From the NCBI GenBank assembly GCA_965261975.1, contig CBDHEC010000024.1, positions 1 through 64,000 of the forward strand: a stretch of 64,000 bases of DNA, given 5' to 3'. The notes under the pieces are model-generated. The model was not told the origin of the DNA, made no database searches, and was given only the letters and a program-made list of their open reading frames with translations. This DNA is from Alphaproteobacteria bacterium (GTDB taxonomy: Bacteria; Pseudomonadota; Alphaproteobacteria; UBA6615). The position numbers were made by a program, and so were the translations under genes. Below, in pieces: positions 10,467 through 19,918 of this stretch; position 1 is the first letter of the stretch; each line of letters opens with the position of its first letter.

Positions 10467-10613
10467 CGAGACTCGTCACTTTCGCCCTAAAGTCGTCACA
10501 TAGATTCGGCACCGTGACATCGTATCAACGAACGTCGCCCTGCGGTGCTGCGTCGTGATGAGAACGTACGTAGCCGAGAGCATCGGCTGCGCGCGCAACC
10601 GGGTAGAGAAGCC

Positions 10614-11756
10614 ATGACCAACCCGCGCACTTACCTCACCCGCATGGGAATATTCCTGGCGCTCGCCATCGCCGTGGCCGGGGCCCTGCATCAGCCCTTG
10701 ATTGAAGCCTTCCTTGCCAACCCGGCGATCAACGGCGTGATCATTCTGGTGCTGGTATTCGGCCTGCTCTTCGTTTTCCGCCAGGTCCTGATGCTCAAGA
10801 ACGAAGTGCGCTGGATCGAGAGCTATCGCAGCCTGCAGCCGGGCATTTCGGTGGCCGACCCGCCACACCTGCTGGCACCGATGGCCGCCATGATCGGCGA
10901 CCGCCAGGGGCAGCTGCGGTTGAACACGACGTCCTTGCGGTCGATCCTCGACGGGATCAGTGCACGGCTCGATGAATCGCGCGACATTTCACGCTACATG
11001 ATCGGGCTTCTGATTTTCCTTGGTCTGCTGGGAACATTCTGGGGGCTTCTTCAGACGGTCGGGTCGGTCGCGGCGGTCATCGCAGGCCTGCAGGTCGGCG
11101 GCGGCGATTCGACCCAGATTTTCAGCGACCTGAAGAGCGGATTGGAAGCCCCCCTTTCCGGCATGGGGACGGCCTTCAGTTCATCCCTTTTCGGCTTGGC
11201 GGGGTCCCTGCTGCTGGGGTTCCTCGACCTGCAGGCAAGCGCCGCCCAGAACCGTTTTTACAATGACCTGGAAGACTGGCTGAGCAGCGCCACACGCGTC
11301 TCCGCCGGCGGCCCCCTTACCGGCGGTGAGGGTGACCAGTCGGTGCCGGCATATATACAGGCTTTGCTCGAGACAACGGCTGATTCGCTCGACAATCTTC
11401 AACGCACGGTGGCGCAAGCCGAAACCTCGCGCAGCCACGGCGACCAAAGCCTCCAGATGTTGACCGAACGCCTTTCCACGATGACCGACCAGATGCGTAC
11501 CGAGCAGGAATTGATGGTACGGCTGGCCGAGAATCAGGCGGAACTTCGACCCGTCTTGCAGCGCCTGGCCGAGCCGCGTCAGAGCGAAGACTTCGACGAC
11601 GCGACCCGAAACCACATACGAAATATCGACACTTATCTATCGCGCATGCTCGAAGATCAGGTGAACGGGCGGAACCAGATCGTCCAGGAAATCCGCTCCG
11701 AAATTCGTCTGCTGGCACGCACCATCGCCGCGCTTGCCGAAGACGACGACCGCTAG
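10614..11756 (+). CDS. MotA/TolQ/ExbB-family membrane protein with long C-terminal helical tail
   Basis: TM helices with LGLLGTFWGL and GMGTAFSSSLFGL; Q/E/L/R-rich tail. Confidence 0.85.
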   Translation: MTNPRTYLTRMGIFLALAIAVAGALHQPLIEAFLANPAINGVIILVLVFGLLFVFRQVLMLKNEVRWIESYRSLQPGISVADPPHLLAPMAAMIGDRQGQLRLNTTSLRSILDGISARLDESRDISRYMIGLLIFLGLLGTFWGLLQTVGSVAAVIAGLQVGGGDSTQIFSDLKSGLEAPLSGMGTAFSSSLFGLAGSLLLGFLDLQASAAQNRFYNDLEDWLSSATRVSAGGPLTGGEGDQSVPAYIQALLETTADSLDNLQRTVAQAETSRSHGDQSLQMLTERLSTMTDQMRTEQELMVRLAENQAELRPVLQRLAEPRQSEDFDDATRNHIRNIDTYLSRMLEDQVNGRNQIVQEIRSEIRLLARTIAALAEDDDR

Positions 11757-11767
11757 CGGAATTATCG

Positions 11768-12934
11768 GTGCCCGGATCTTCCTCGCGACGACGTCAATCG
11801 GCCATCAACTATTGGCCGGGCTTCGTCGACGCGCTCGCCGCCCTGCTGGTCGTGGTGGTGTTCCTGATCATGGTGTTCGCGCTCGCGCAGTTCTTCCTGT
11901 CGGAGGCGCTTTCGGGCCGCGACGACGCCCTGTCGAAGCTGAATCGGCAGGTCGACGAACTGGCGCGCATGCTCGACCTCGAGCGATCGGCCAATACGGA
12001 GCTGCGGCTATCCGTCTCGCAGCTTTCGGCCCAGCTGCAGAGTTCGATTTCCGACCGTGAGTCTCTGACCAACCGGCTGTCATTCATGGAAAGCCTGCTC
12101 AAATTGGCGCGGCAGGAGAATGCGGAACAGTTGGAGACCTTGCGTGCGCAGGTGAGTGCCGACCAGGAAACAATCGAGGCACAAAGCCGCGACCTGGCCA
12201 GGCTTGAAGCAGACATTGCTGCCCGCGAGGCCCGCTTGGCAGAGCTCACGCAGCGGGCGGAAACGGCGGAAACATCCTTTCTCGAGCAAAGCGAAATATC
12301 GCGCGAGGCACAGGACCAGGTGGCGCTGCTCAACCAGCAGCTGGCCGCCCTGCGCAGCCAGCTTGCTGCGCTGAACCAGGCGCTCGAGGCCTCCGAGGCC
12401 AGAAACAGGGAACAGGAAGTCCAGATCGTCAATTTGGGCCAACGCCTGAACGAGGCGCTCGCGAGCAAGGTGCAGGAATTGGCGCGCTACCGCTCCGAGT
12501 TCTTCGGCCGGTTGCGCGAAGTGCTCGGCGACCGGACAGATATCCGTATCGAAGGCGACCGGTTCGTCTTCCAATCGGAAGTCCTCTTCGGTTCGGGACA
12601 GGCCGTCCTGAACCCCGAGGGCCAACAGCAACTCCAACAGCTCGCGGAGACGTTGGTGCAGATCGCCGCCGAGATTCCCGACGATATCGAATGGATCCTG
12701 CGGGTGGACGGACACACCGACGAGCGACCGATCAGCACGGCACGATTCCCGTCCAACTGGGAACTCGCCTCCGCGCGCGCCATCTCGGTCGTGAAGTTCC
12801 TGGTGCAGGCCGGCATTCCGCCGGAGAATCTCGTTGCCGCAGGCTTTGGTGAATTCCAGCCTATCGACGACCGCGACGACGAAATCGCCCATCGGCGGAA
12901 CCGGCGTATCGAGTTCAAACTGGACCAGCGCTGA
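11768..12934 (+). CDS. MotB-like peptidoglycan-binding protein (TM, long coiled coil, OmpA domain)
   Basis: WPGFVD TM motif with the conserved Asp; heptad-rich middle; DGHTD, NWELASARA and NRRIEF motifs. Confidence 0.88.
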   Translation: MPGSSSRRRQSAINYWPGFVDALAALLVVVVFLIMVFALAQFFLSEALSGRDDALSKLNRQVDELARMLDLERSANTELRLSVSQLSAQLQSSISDRESLTNRLSFMESLLKLARQENAEQLETLRAQVSADQETIEAQSRDLARLEADIAAREARLAELTQRAETAETSFLEQSEISREAQDQVALLNQQLAALRSQLAALNQALEASEARNREQEVQIVNLGQRLNEALASKVQELARYRSEFFGRLREVLGDRTDIRIEGDRFVFQSEVLFGSGQAVLNPEGQQQLQQLAETLVQIAAEIPDDIEWILRVDGHTDERPISTARFPSNWELASARAISVVKFLVQAGIPPENLVAAGFGEFQPIDDRDDEIAHRRNRRIEFKLDQR

Positions 12935-12953
12935 GCATCAGGAGCGGGAGAGC

Positions 12954-14777
12954 TTACTGGGCCGCGGCACCCTCAAGATCGAATTGAAGCTCGGCCAGGC
13001 GCGCGTAGAGCCCACCTTGTCCGATCAGTTCCTGATGGGTGCCCTCGGCGACAATCCGCCCCCCATCGATCACCACAATACGATCGGCTGCCATGACCGT
13101 CGCCAACCGGTGGGCGATAACCAGCGTCGTGCGGTTCTGCATCAAACCGGTCATTGCCGCCTGGACGGCACGTTCGGATTCGGCATCGAGCGCGCTGGTT
13201 GCCTCATCGAGCAACAACAGTTCCGGGTCTCGCAGGATCGCACGCGCAATCGCCACCCGCTGTCGTTGTCCCCCCGACAAACGCACGCCCTTCTCGCCCA
13301 GGAACGTGTTGAAGCCGTCCGGCAGCGCCTCGATAAACTCAAGCGCCGAGGCGGCATCCGCAGCGGCCCGCACTTCGTCGTCGCTGGCATCCGGGCGGCC
13401 GTAGCGGATGTTTTCCCAGGCATCGGCCGAGAAGATCACCGGCTCCTGGGGCACGAGGCCGACATGGCGGCGAAGCTCTTCGGGCGCCAGGTCGCGCAAA
13501 TCGATTCCATCGAAACTCAAACGCCCGGCGTCCGGGTCATAAAAGCGCAACAGCAGCTGGAATACCGTCGTCTTGCCGGCGCCCGACGGCCCGACCAGCG
13601 CCATCGTTTCACCGGGCGCCACGTCGAGTGAGAAGTCCGACAAGGCCGGGTCTTCGGGACGCGAGGGATACCGGAACGTCACCGCGTCCAGCGAGACGCG
13701 CGCCGTGGCGCGGTCCGGCAGAGATTTCGGGTTGGCCGGTGCAACAATCGCGGGAGCGATATCCAGAAGCTCGAACAGCCTCTCGGTCGCACCCGCCGCA
13801 CGTTGCAATTCGCCAATCACTTCCGAAATCGCACCGACCGAGCTGGCGACGATCACCGCATAAAAGACGAACGCCGACAGGTCGCCGGCGCTCAGGCGCC
13901 CGGATATGACGTCGCGCCCGCCGACCCAGAGGATGACGCCGATGGCGCCGAAGACGAGCAGGATGACAATGGCGGTCAGAAGTGCGCGCGCGCGGATGCG
14001 ACGCACGGAGATCGCAAACGTATCTTCAACCCGCCCGGAAAAGCGCGTTCTGTCCAGGCTTTCATGACCGAAGGCCTGGACCGTGCGGATGTTGGCGATC
14101 GATTCATCGACATACGCGCTGACATCGGCCAGGCGATCGAGGCTTTCCCGGCTAAGCCGGCGGACCTGGCGACCGAATACCAGGATGGGCACCAGAACTA
14201 TCGGCACAACCACCAACACCAGAAGCGTGAGTCGCGGACTGGTGATGCCCAGCATCACGAGCCCGCCGGTAACGAGCAGCACATTTCGCAACGCCATCGA
14301 TGCGGATGTGCCCACAACGGCCTGGATCAATGTGGTGTCGGCGGTCAGGCGCGACATCACCTCGCCAATCCGCATGGTCTCATAGAAGGCCGGATCGAGC
14401 CGCAGGGTGTGTTCGAAAACCGCCTTGCGCAGATCCGCCATCACCCGCTCGCCGATCCACGACACCAGGAAAAAGCGGGAATAGGTCGCGGCGGCAAGCA
14501 CCACAACTACCGCCAGCATGGCGACCAACGCGTCATCCAGCAGCCCGGTGTTGCCGGCTGCAAACCCGTCATCGACGAGGCGACGCAGGCCCTGGCCAAT
14601 CACCAGCACCGTGCCGGCCGCGATCGTCAGCGCAAGGACGGCACCGGCTATCGCCAGGCGATAGGGGCGCAGGAATCCGCCGAGCCTGCGGAGTTCGCGC
14701 AGGCTGCGCTTCGGCGGCTGGGCATCGGTCTCGTCGGAACCGGCGGACGCGCCGCGTGATCGTGGTTGCATTGCCAT
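12954..14777 (-). CDS. ABC exporter, fused TMD-NBD (MsbA-like)
   Basis: GPSGAGKTT, LSGGQRQR and LLLDEATSALD motifs; six TM helices. Confidence 0.92.
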   Translation of the reverse strand: MAMQPRSRGASAGSDETDAQPPKRSLRELRRLGGFLRPYRLAIAGAVLALTIAAGTVLVIGQGLRRLVDDGFAAGNTGLLDDALVAMLAVVVVLAAATYSRFFLVSWIGERVMADLRKAVFEHTLRLDPAFYETMRIGEVMSRLTADTTLIQAVVGTSASMALRNVLLVTGGLVMLGITSPRLTLLVLVVVPIVLVPILVFGRQVRRLSRESLDRLADVSAYVDESIANIRTVQAFGHESLDRTRFSGRVEDTFAISVRRIRARALLTAIVILLVFGAIGVILWVGGRDVISGRLSAGDLSAFVFYAVIVASSVGAISEVIGELQRAAGATERLFELLDIAPAIVAPANPKSLPDRATARVSLDAVTFRYPSRPEDPALSDFSLDVAPGETMALVGPSGAGKTTVFQLLLRFYDPDAGRLSFDGIDLRDLAPEELRRHVGLVPQEPVIFSADAWENIRYGRPDASDDEVRAAADAASALEFIEALPDGFNTFLGEKGVRLSGGQRQRVAIARAILRDPELLLLDEATSALDAESERAVQAAMTGLMQNRTTLVIAHRLATVMAADRIVVIDGGRIVAEGTHQELIGQGGLYARLAELQFDLEGAAAQ

Positions 14778-14915
14778 CTTGGACACAGGGTTTAGCAGCC
14801 CCGGCAAACCGCGCCAACAAACGCCTTCATGCGCTTCAAATCCCTGAACACCAAGCCTTGCGGTTGCAGACGGGCTTGGCTATAACCACGGCCTTCCGAG
14901 CCTAGAGAGTATGAG

Positions 14916-15158
14916 ATGAAAAAAGACATTCATCCTGAGTATCACGAGATTACGGTCGTCATGACCGACGGCAGCGAATTCAAGACCCGTTCGACCTATG
15001 GCGAGCCGGGCGACACGCTGCGTCTGGATATCGACCCGAAGACGCACCCGGCGTGGACCGGCCAGCATCGCCTCGTTGACACGGGCGGCCAGGTCGCAAA
15101 GTTCAACAAACGCTATGAAGGTTTTGGCCTCGGCGGAGCCGAATCCGAAGACGGCTGA
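14916..15158 (+). CDS. rpmE: 50S ribosomal protein L31 (Cys-free alphaproteobacterial type)
   Basis: [10 protein letters not shown]...RST...[13 protein letters not shown]...KFNKRY. Confidence 0.96.
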   Translation: MKKDIHPEYHEITVVMTDGSEFKTRSTYGEPGDTLRLDIDPKTHPAWTGQHRLVDTGGQVAKFNKRYEGFGLGGAESEDG

Positions 15159-15247
15159 CCCGAAGTCCGAATTACCGAGTGTTTCCCGGGCGTTGCAGTT
15201 GCAGCGCCCGTTTTGATTCCGGGGGCTTGTTTCGCCGGCCACATGCC

Positions 15248-15275
15248 CTTGAACCGGAAAAACATCCACCTATAT
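15248..15275 (+). promoter_or_regulatory. RpoH (sigma32) promoter of ibpA
   Basis: CTTGAA-N15-CCTATAT upstream of a small heat-shock gene. Confidence 0.8.
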
Positions 15276-15281
15276 CGAGAT

Positions 15282-15392
15282 TATCGCGGGGAATGCCGAC
15301 TTCGGGTTCCAGACCGCGTCCACACGGCAGGTCCTGGCCAACTGCGGAACTGTCGACATCACAGTTGCTCTTTAAGGAGGACAAGTGAAATG
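15282..15392 (+). promoter_or_regulatory. ROSE-type RNA thermometer in the ibpA 5' UTR
   Basis: ~110-nt leader ending in TTGCTC-tttaag-GAGGACAA, the U(U/C)GCU motif opposite the SD; 5' end inferred from the promoter. Confidence 0.7.
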
Positions 15393-15854
15393 CGTACCTA
15401 CAATCTCGATTTGACTCCATTATTCCGCTCCTCGGTCGGATTCGACCGGGTCGGACAAATGCTGGATTCGGCCTTTAACAGCGAAGCGCCATCCTACCCG
15501 CCCTACAACATCGAAAAGCTCGGCGACGACGAATATCGCGTGACCATGGCGATCGCGGGGTTCGGCGCCAACGATATCGACATCACCCAGACCAACAACT
15601 CCCTGGTCGTGAAGGGTGAGCAGGCCAGGGCCGACGGTGAGGAGACCTTCCTCCATCGCGGCATCGCCACGCGCGCCTTCGAGCGCCGCTTTGATCTCGC
15701 CGAGCATGTGAACGTGACCGGGGCCGATCTGGTGAACGGGTTGCTGGTCATCGATCTGAAGCGCGAGGTGCCCGAGGCGCTGAAACCGCGGAAGATCGAA
15801 ATCGCCGCCGGCGACACACCGCAAACACTCGACCACGACAAGCAGGCGGCTTAA
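15390..15854 (+). CDS. ibpA: Small heat-shock protein IbpA
   Basis: PLFRSSVGFDR, SYPPYNIE, LHRGIATRAFERRF and NGLL motifs. Confidence 0.95.
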   Translation: MRTYNLDLTPLFRSSVGFDRVGQMLDSAFNSEAPSYPPYNIEKLGDDEYRVTMAIAGFGANDIDITQTNNSLVVKGEQARADGEETFLHRGIATRAFERRFDLAEHVNVTGADLVNGLLVIDLKREVPEALKPRKIEIAAGDTPQTLDHDKQAA

Positions 15855-15900
15855 CGCCGCCGCGTCGGTTCGCGCCGACGAAAGTTTGCACAACTCCCAG

Positions 15901-15936
15901 GAAGGGTCCGCCGGAAACGGCGGACCCTTTTCGTTT
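15901..15936 (+). terminator. Intrinsic terminator after ibpA
   Basis: AAGGGTCCGCCG-gaaa-CGGCGGACCCTT followed by TTCGTTT. Confidence 0.85.
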
Positions 15937-16005
15937 CTCACCCGTGTATAAATACGCCAACGCGGCATATTCAGAACCGACGCAGACAATCCACGGGAGG
16001 CCCCC

Positions 16006-17151
16006 ATGCAGCACAGCAAAGACCGAATTCTGACGACCCATGTCGGCAGCCTGCCACGCCCCGAGGACCTGGAAGACCTCCTCTACAAAGTCGAATTCGG
16101 CGAGGATTACGACGCCGCCACGTTCGACGCGACCGTGACCCGCGCGGTCTCCGACATCGTGGCCGCCCAGCGTGAATGGGGCCTCGACGTCATCAATGAC
16201 GGCGAGATGAGCAAGACCGGCTATGCGACCTATATCCAGCAGCGTCTGGACGGGTTCTCCGGCGACAGCCCGTCGGTACGCTTCGACGACCTCTCGGGCT
16301 TCCCTGGCTACCGCAAGATGCTCGCCCGCATGGCCGAGACGCGGCGTCTGAACCGGCCCTGTTGCACGAGCGAAGTGGTGATCCGCGACCGCGAACCCAT
16401 GCGCAAGGACCTGGAGAACCTCACCGCCGCATCGAAAGACAGCGACGCGACCGAGTTCTTCATGAACGCCGCCTCGCCCGGCGTCATCACCGTGTTCCAG
16501 CACAACGAGTTCTATCCCGACGACGATGCCTATCTCGAGGCATTGTCCGGCGTCATGCGCGAGGAGTATGAGGCGATCGCGAATGCGGGTTTCGTCCTGC
16601 AGATCGACTGCCCCGACCTCGCCATGGGCCGCCACACCGAGTATCGCGAACTATCGGATGCGGACTTCCTGAAGCATGCCGAGATGCAGATCGAGGCGCT
16701 CAATGCCGCGCTGGAGAATATCCCCGCCGACCGGGTGCGCATGCATATCTGCTGGGGCAATTACGAGGGTCCACACCATCTCGATATCCCTTTCGAGGCG
16801 ATCTTCGACGTGGTGATGAAGGCCAAGCCCCAGGGCATGCTGGTCGAATCCTCAAACCCGCGTCACGCCCATGAATGGCGCGTGTTCGAGGACAAGAAAC
16901 TGCCCGACGACAAGATCATCATCCCCGGCGTGATCGACAGCGTGACCAACTATATCGAGCATCCCGACGTCGTCGCCGACCGGATCTGCAACTATGCGAA
17001 TGTCGTGGGGCGCGAACGGGTCATGGCGGGCGCCGATTGCGGCTTCGCGACCTTTGCCGGCATCGGCAAGGTGGATCCGGACATCGCCATCGAGAAATTC
17101 AAGTCGCTGGTGCGCGGCGCGGAAATCGCCTCGGAGCGTTTGTGGAGTTAG
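16006..17151 (+). CDS. Single-domain cobalamin-independent methionine synthase II family / epoxyalkane:CoM transferase-like Zn thiol alkyltransferase
   Basis: TTHVGSLPRP, NDGE, HICWGN (Zn ligands H and C) and DCGF motifs; lacks the N-terminal half of full-length MetE. Confidence 0.85.
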   Translation: MQHSKDRILTTHVGSLPRPEDLEDLLYKVEFGEDYDAATFDATVTRAVSDIVAAQREWGLDVINDGEMSKTGYATYIQQRLDGFSGDSPSVRFDDLSGFPGYRKMLARMAETRRLNRPCCTSEVVIRDREPMRKDLENLTAASKDSDATEFFMNAASPGVITVFQHNEFYPDDDAYLEALSGVMREEYEAIANAGFVLQIDCPDLAMGRHTEYRELSDADFLKHAEMQIEALNAALENIPADRVRMHICWGNYEGPHHLDIPFEAIFDVVMKAKPQGMLVESSNPRHAHEWRVFEDKKLPDDKIIIPGVIDSVTNYIEHPDVVADRICNYANVVGRERVMAGADCGFATFAGIGKVDPDIAIEKFKSLVRGAEIASERLWS

Positions 17152-17600
17152 CCGGCACCCACCAATAGCGGCGTCAGGCCGGCACGCACCTGGTCTGGCA
17201 CCGGGATCGGCTTCATCTCACCCGGCCGCACATAGACATGCACGAAATGGCCGGTCGCCGACGGGGCCTCGGCGCCTTCCTTGAAGATGGCGATCTCGTA
17301 GGTGACCGATGAGTTGCCCAGCCGGCGCACCCGCACGCCCACGTCGAGGATATCGGGAAACGCGATCTCGCTGTGAAACCGGCAACCGGTCTCGACGACC
17401 ATGCCGACGGGCTCGCTCTTGCGATAATCGAGCCCGGTGAAGCGGATGAGGAACTCGTTCACCGCCGTGTCGAAGTAGGAATAGTAGGTCACGTTGTTGA
17501 CGTGGCCATAGACGTCGTTGTCCATCCACCGGGTCGGAACCTGCAGGAAATGCGGGTAGTCCGCACGCCGCTCATCGCGCTCGTTCTTCTTGTCGCTCAT
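17148..17600 (-). CDS. Acyl-CoA thioesterase (4HBT/hotdog family)
   Basis: TRWMDNDVYGHVNNVTYYSYFDTAVN; LGNSSVTYE. Confidence 0.88.
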   Translation of the reverse strand: MSDKKNERDERRADYPHFLQVPTRWMDNDVYGHVNNVTYYSYFDTAVNEFLIRFTGLDYRKSEPVGMVVETGCRFHSEIAFPDILDVGVRVRRLGNSSVTYEIAIFKEGAEAPSATGHFVHVYVRPGEMKPIPVPDQVRAGLTPLLVGAG

Positions 17601-18397
17601 CGAATGTCGTCCAGAAAGCCTGAAATGATGTCGATCGTCTCGTTCGGCCGTTCGACCATGATCATGTGGCCCGTATCGGGCAGAATCTCCGACCGCGCGC
17701 CCTCGATATTGCCGCGCAGCCCCTTCGAGGCCCCAACGGGTGTCATGCGGTCGCCGGCCGCCATCAGGAACAGCGCCGGGCATGTGACCTTCACCGCCGC
17801 CTCCAGCGCGCCGGTCCACTCGTTACACGCCGCCAGGTCGGTGCCGAGCACGTCCACCGGGCATGACGCCAGCAGCGCACGGCCGCCGCCGCGCAACCAC
17901 AAACCCGGCGCCTGGTGTCCGCCCTTGTGGGCCGGCTTGCCGAAACCCCAGTCGGTTATCATCTCCCAGGCCACCGGATCATTTGCCGCCGAGGCCGTCA
18001 GCAGATCGGGGTGCACCTGCATATGGTCCGATGGGCCGATCAGGGTGAGAGATAATGCACGGTCCGGCGAGCCGGCCGCCGCCGCCAGCACGATCAACGA
18101 GCCCATCGAGTGGCCCGCGAGATGGGCTGCCTCGACGCCCGCCGCATCCAAAAACCGCCAGAGCCACGCGGCGAAGTCTTCGATCGTCGCGGGTGATGTA
18201 CCGCCCGAGCGCCCGTGACCGGGCAAATCCGGCACCAGTACGTTGAATCCGTGATGCGCGAAGTAACGTGTCTGAAGCCCCCACGCACTGTGGTCGTTGC
18301 CGCCGCCATGTACCAGCACGAGTGTCGGCTGATCCGGGTCGAATTCACGACCCCCGGTGTGAACAAACACGGCCTGGCCGTCGACATTCGTTTCCAT
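17597..18397 (-). CDS. Alpha/beta hydrolase
   Basis: LVHGG, DLPGHG, GHSMG nucleophile elbow, D and TGH; overlaps the thioesterase start by 4 nt. Confidence 0.9.
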   Translation of the reverse strand: METNVDGQAVFVHTGGREFDPDQPTLVLVHGGGNDHSAWGLQTRYFAHHGFNVLVPDLPGHGRSGGTSPATIEDFAAWLWRFLDAAGVEAAHLAGHSMGSLIVLAAAAGSPDRALSLTLIGPSDHMQVHPDLLTASAANDPVAWEMITDWGFGKPAHKGGHQAPGLWLRGGGRALLASCPVDVLGTDLAACNEWTGALEAAVKVTCPALFLMAAGDRMTPVGASKGLRGNIEGARSEILPDTGHMIMVERPNETIDIISGFLDDIR

Positions 18398-18407
18398 GAC
18401 GGCCCTC

Positions 18408-19712
18408 CTATTTCTGCGAGGCGCGCAGCGCCTGCTTCAAATCCGCGACGATGTCGCCCGGGTCCTCGAGCCCGATGGCCAGGCGCACCATTTCTTCCCC
18501 CACGCCGGCGGCCTCGAGGTCTGCCGCGCTCATCTGCTGATGGGTCGTGCTCGCCGGGTGAATCACCAGCGACTTCGCATCGCCCACATTCGCCAGGTGG
18601 GAGAAGAGCTCCAACGCTTCGATGAATTTCGCACCCGCGCGCCGCGGCCCCTCCGTGCCGGGTTTGACGCCGAATGTCACGATGGCTCCCGCGCCGTCGG
18701 GAAGCAGTGTCTCGGCCAGCGCATGGTCTGGGTGGCTCTCAAGACCCGGATATGTGACCCAGGCGACCTCGTCGGCAGCGCTGAGAAACTCGGCCGCAGT
18801 CTGCGCGTTCGCGACATGCCGGGCCATGCGGATCGGCAGGGTCTCGAGCCCCTGCAGAAGATAAAACGCCGTCTGCGGCGCCATGCATGCGCCGAAGTCT
18901 CGCAATCCCTCGGCGCGCGCGCGCATGATAAAGGCGGCGGGGCCGAATTCCTCGGCAAAATCCAGCCCGTGATACCCCTCATAGGGCTCGGTCATGCCCG
19001 GGAACTTGCCCGAACCTTCCCAGTCGAAACTGCCGCCATCGATCAACACACCGCCGATCGCGACGCCATGCCCACCGATCCATTTGGTGGCCGAATGCAT
19101 GATCAGATCGGCCCCGTGCTCGAACGGGTGGAGCAATGCGGGTGTCGAGAAGGTCGCATCCACCAGCAGCGGCAGGCCGGCGCCATGGGCCACCGCCGCA
19201 ACCGCCGCGATATCGAGGACCTCGAGGCCCGGATTGCCGATTGTTTCGGCGAAGACCAGGCGCGTCTCGTCGCGAATGGCGGCCTTGAAAGCATCCGGGT
19301 CGCGCGGGTCAACGAATGTGGTGGTGATCCCGAACCGCGGCAGCGTGTGAACGAACAGATTGTGGGTGCCGCCGTAGATATTCCGCGAGGCGACGATATG
19401 CCCGCCTGCCCCCATCAGGGTCATCACCGCGAGGCTCATGGCCGCCTGCCCACTGGCCGTGGCAATTGCGCCGACCCCGCCTTCGAGCGCGGCCATGCGT
19501 TCCTCGAACACCGCGACCGTGGGGTTCGAGATGCGCGAATAGATATGTCCGGCCCGTTCGAGATTGAACAGGCTCGCCGCATATTCGACATCCGGGAACA
19601 CATAGGAGGTCGACTGATAAATCGGCGCGGCACGCGCGCCGGTTACCGGGTCGGGATGCTGTCCTGCATGCAGACTGAGGGTTGCGAACTTCAGATGCTT
19701 GGGATCGATCAT
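18408..19712 (-). CDS. metY: O-acetylhomoserine sulfhydrylase / aminocarboxypropyltransferase family
   Basis: YSRISNPT, HSATKWIGGHG (PLP Lys) and LANVGDAKSLVIHPASTTH motifs. Confidence 0.88.
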   Translation of the reverse strand: MIDPKHLKFATLSLHAGQHPDPVTGARAAPIYQSTSYVFPDVEYAASLFNLERAGHIYSRISNPTVAVFEERMAALEGGVGAIATASGQAAMSLAVMTLMGAGGHIVASRNIYGGTHNLFVHTLPRFGITTTFVDPRDPDAFKAAIRDETRLVFAETIGNPGLEVLDIAAVAAVAHGAGLPLLVDATFSTPALLHPFEHGADLIMHSATKWIGGHGVAIGGVLIDGGSFDWEGSGKFPGMTEPYEGYHGLDFAEEFGPAAFIMRARAEGLRDFGACMAPQTAFYLLQGLETLPIRMARHVANAQTAAEFLSAADEVAWVTYPGLESHPDHALAETLLPDGAGAIVTFGVKPGTEGPRRAGAKFIEALELFSHLANVGDAKSLVIHPASTTHQQMSAADLEAAGVGEEMVRLAIGLEDPGDIVADLKQALRASQK

Positions 19713-19786
19713 GGGGCTTGTCCGGCAGCGATGGGAATGCGCCGCGAAACTTATCCCAACCAGGCTCTGGCTTGAACCGGATCGAC

Positions 19787-19900
19787 AAAAGAAAACCGCT
19801 TCGGAAAGGTGGTTCCGAAGCGGCTCGAAGTCTAACAGGGAGGCAAAAAAGAGGATCTAGGTAAGATCCAAAGATGGTCTATGGGAGGAGCCATCACACC
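19787..19900 (-). ncRNA. Candidate sRNA with two C-rich anti-SD motifs (alpha-r8/SuhB-like)
   Basis: Minus strand: GATGG-ctcctcccataga-CCATC, GGATCT-tacct-AGATCC, GCCTCCCTGTTAGACTT, then terminator CCGCTTCGGAA...TTCCGAAGCGG-TTTTCTTTT. Confidence 0.6.
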
Positions 19901-19918
19901 CAAAATCGCCGATAATGT

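Noticed and set aside
10614-12934. Zorya anti-phage system
   Set aside because: No ZorC/D/E-like genes are adjacent, and the context (efp-suhB, rpmE) and composition are core-like; kept only as an architectural analogy.
14916-15158. Cys-free L31 as a zinc-starvation paralogue
   Set aside because: Cys-free L31 is the normal form in alphaproteobacteria, and no Zur box is seen upstream.
15937-16005. SAM-II or cobalamin riboswitch before the MetE-like gene
   Set aside because: Only a 6-bp CCCGTG/CACGGG pairing; the conserved riboswitch cores are absent and the space is too short for a B12 element.
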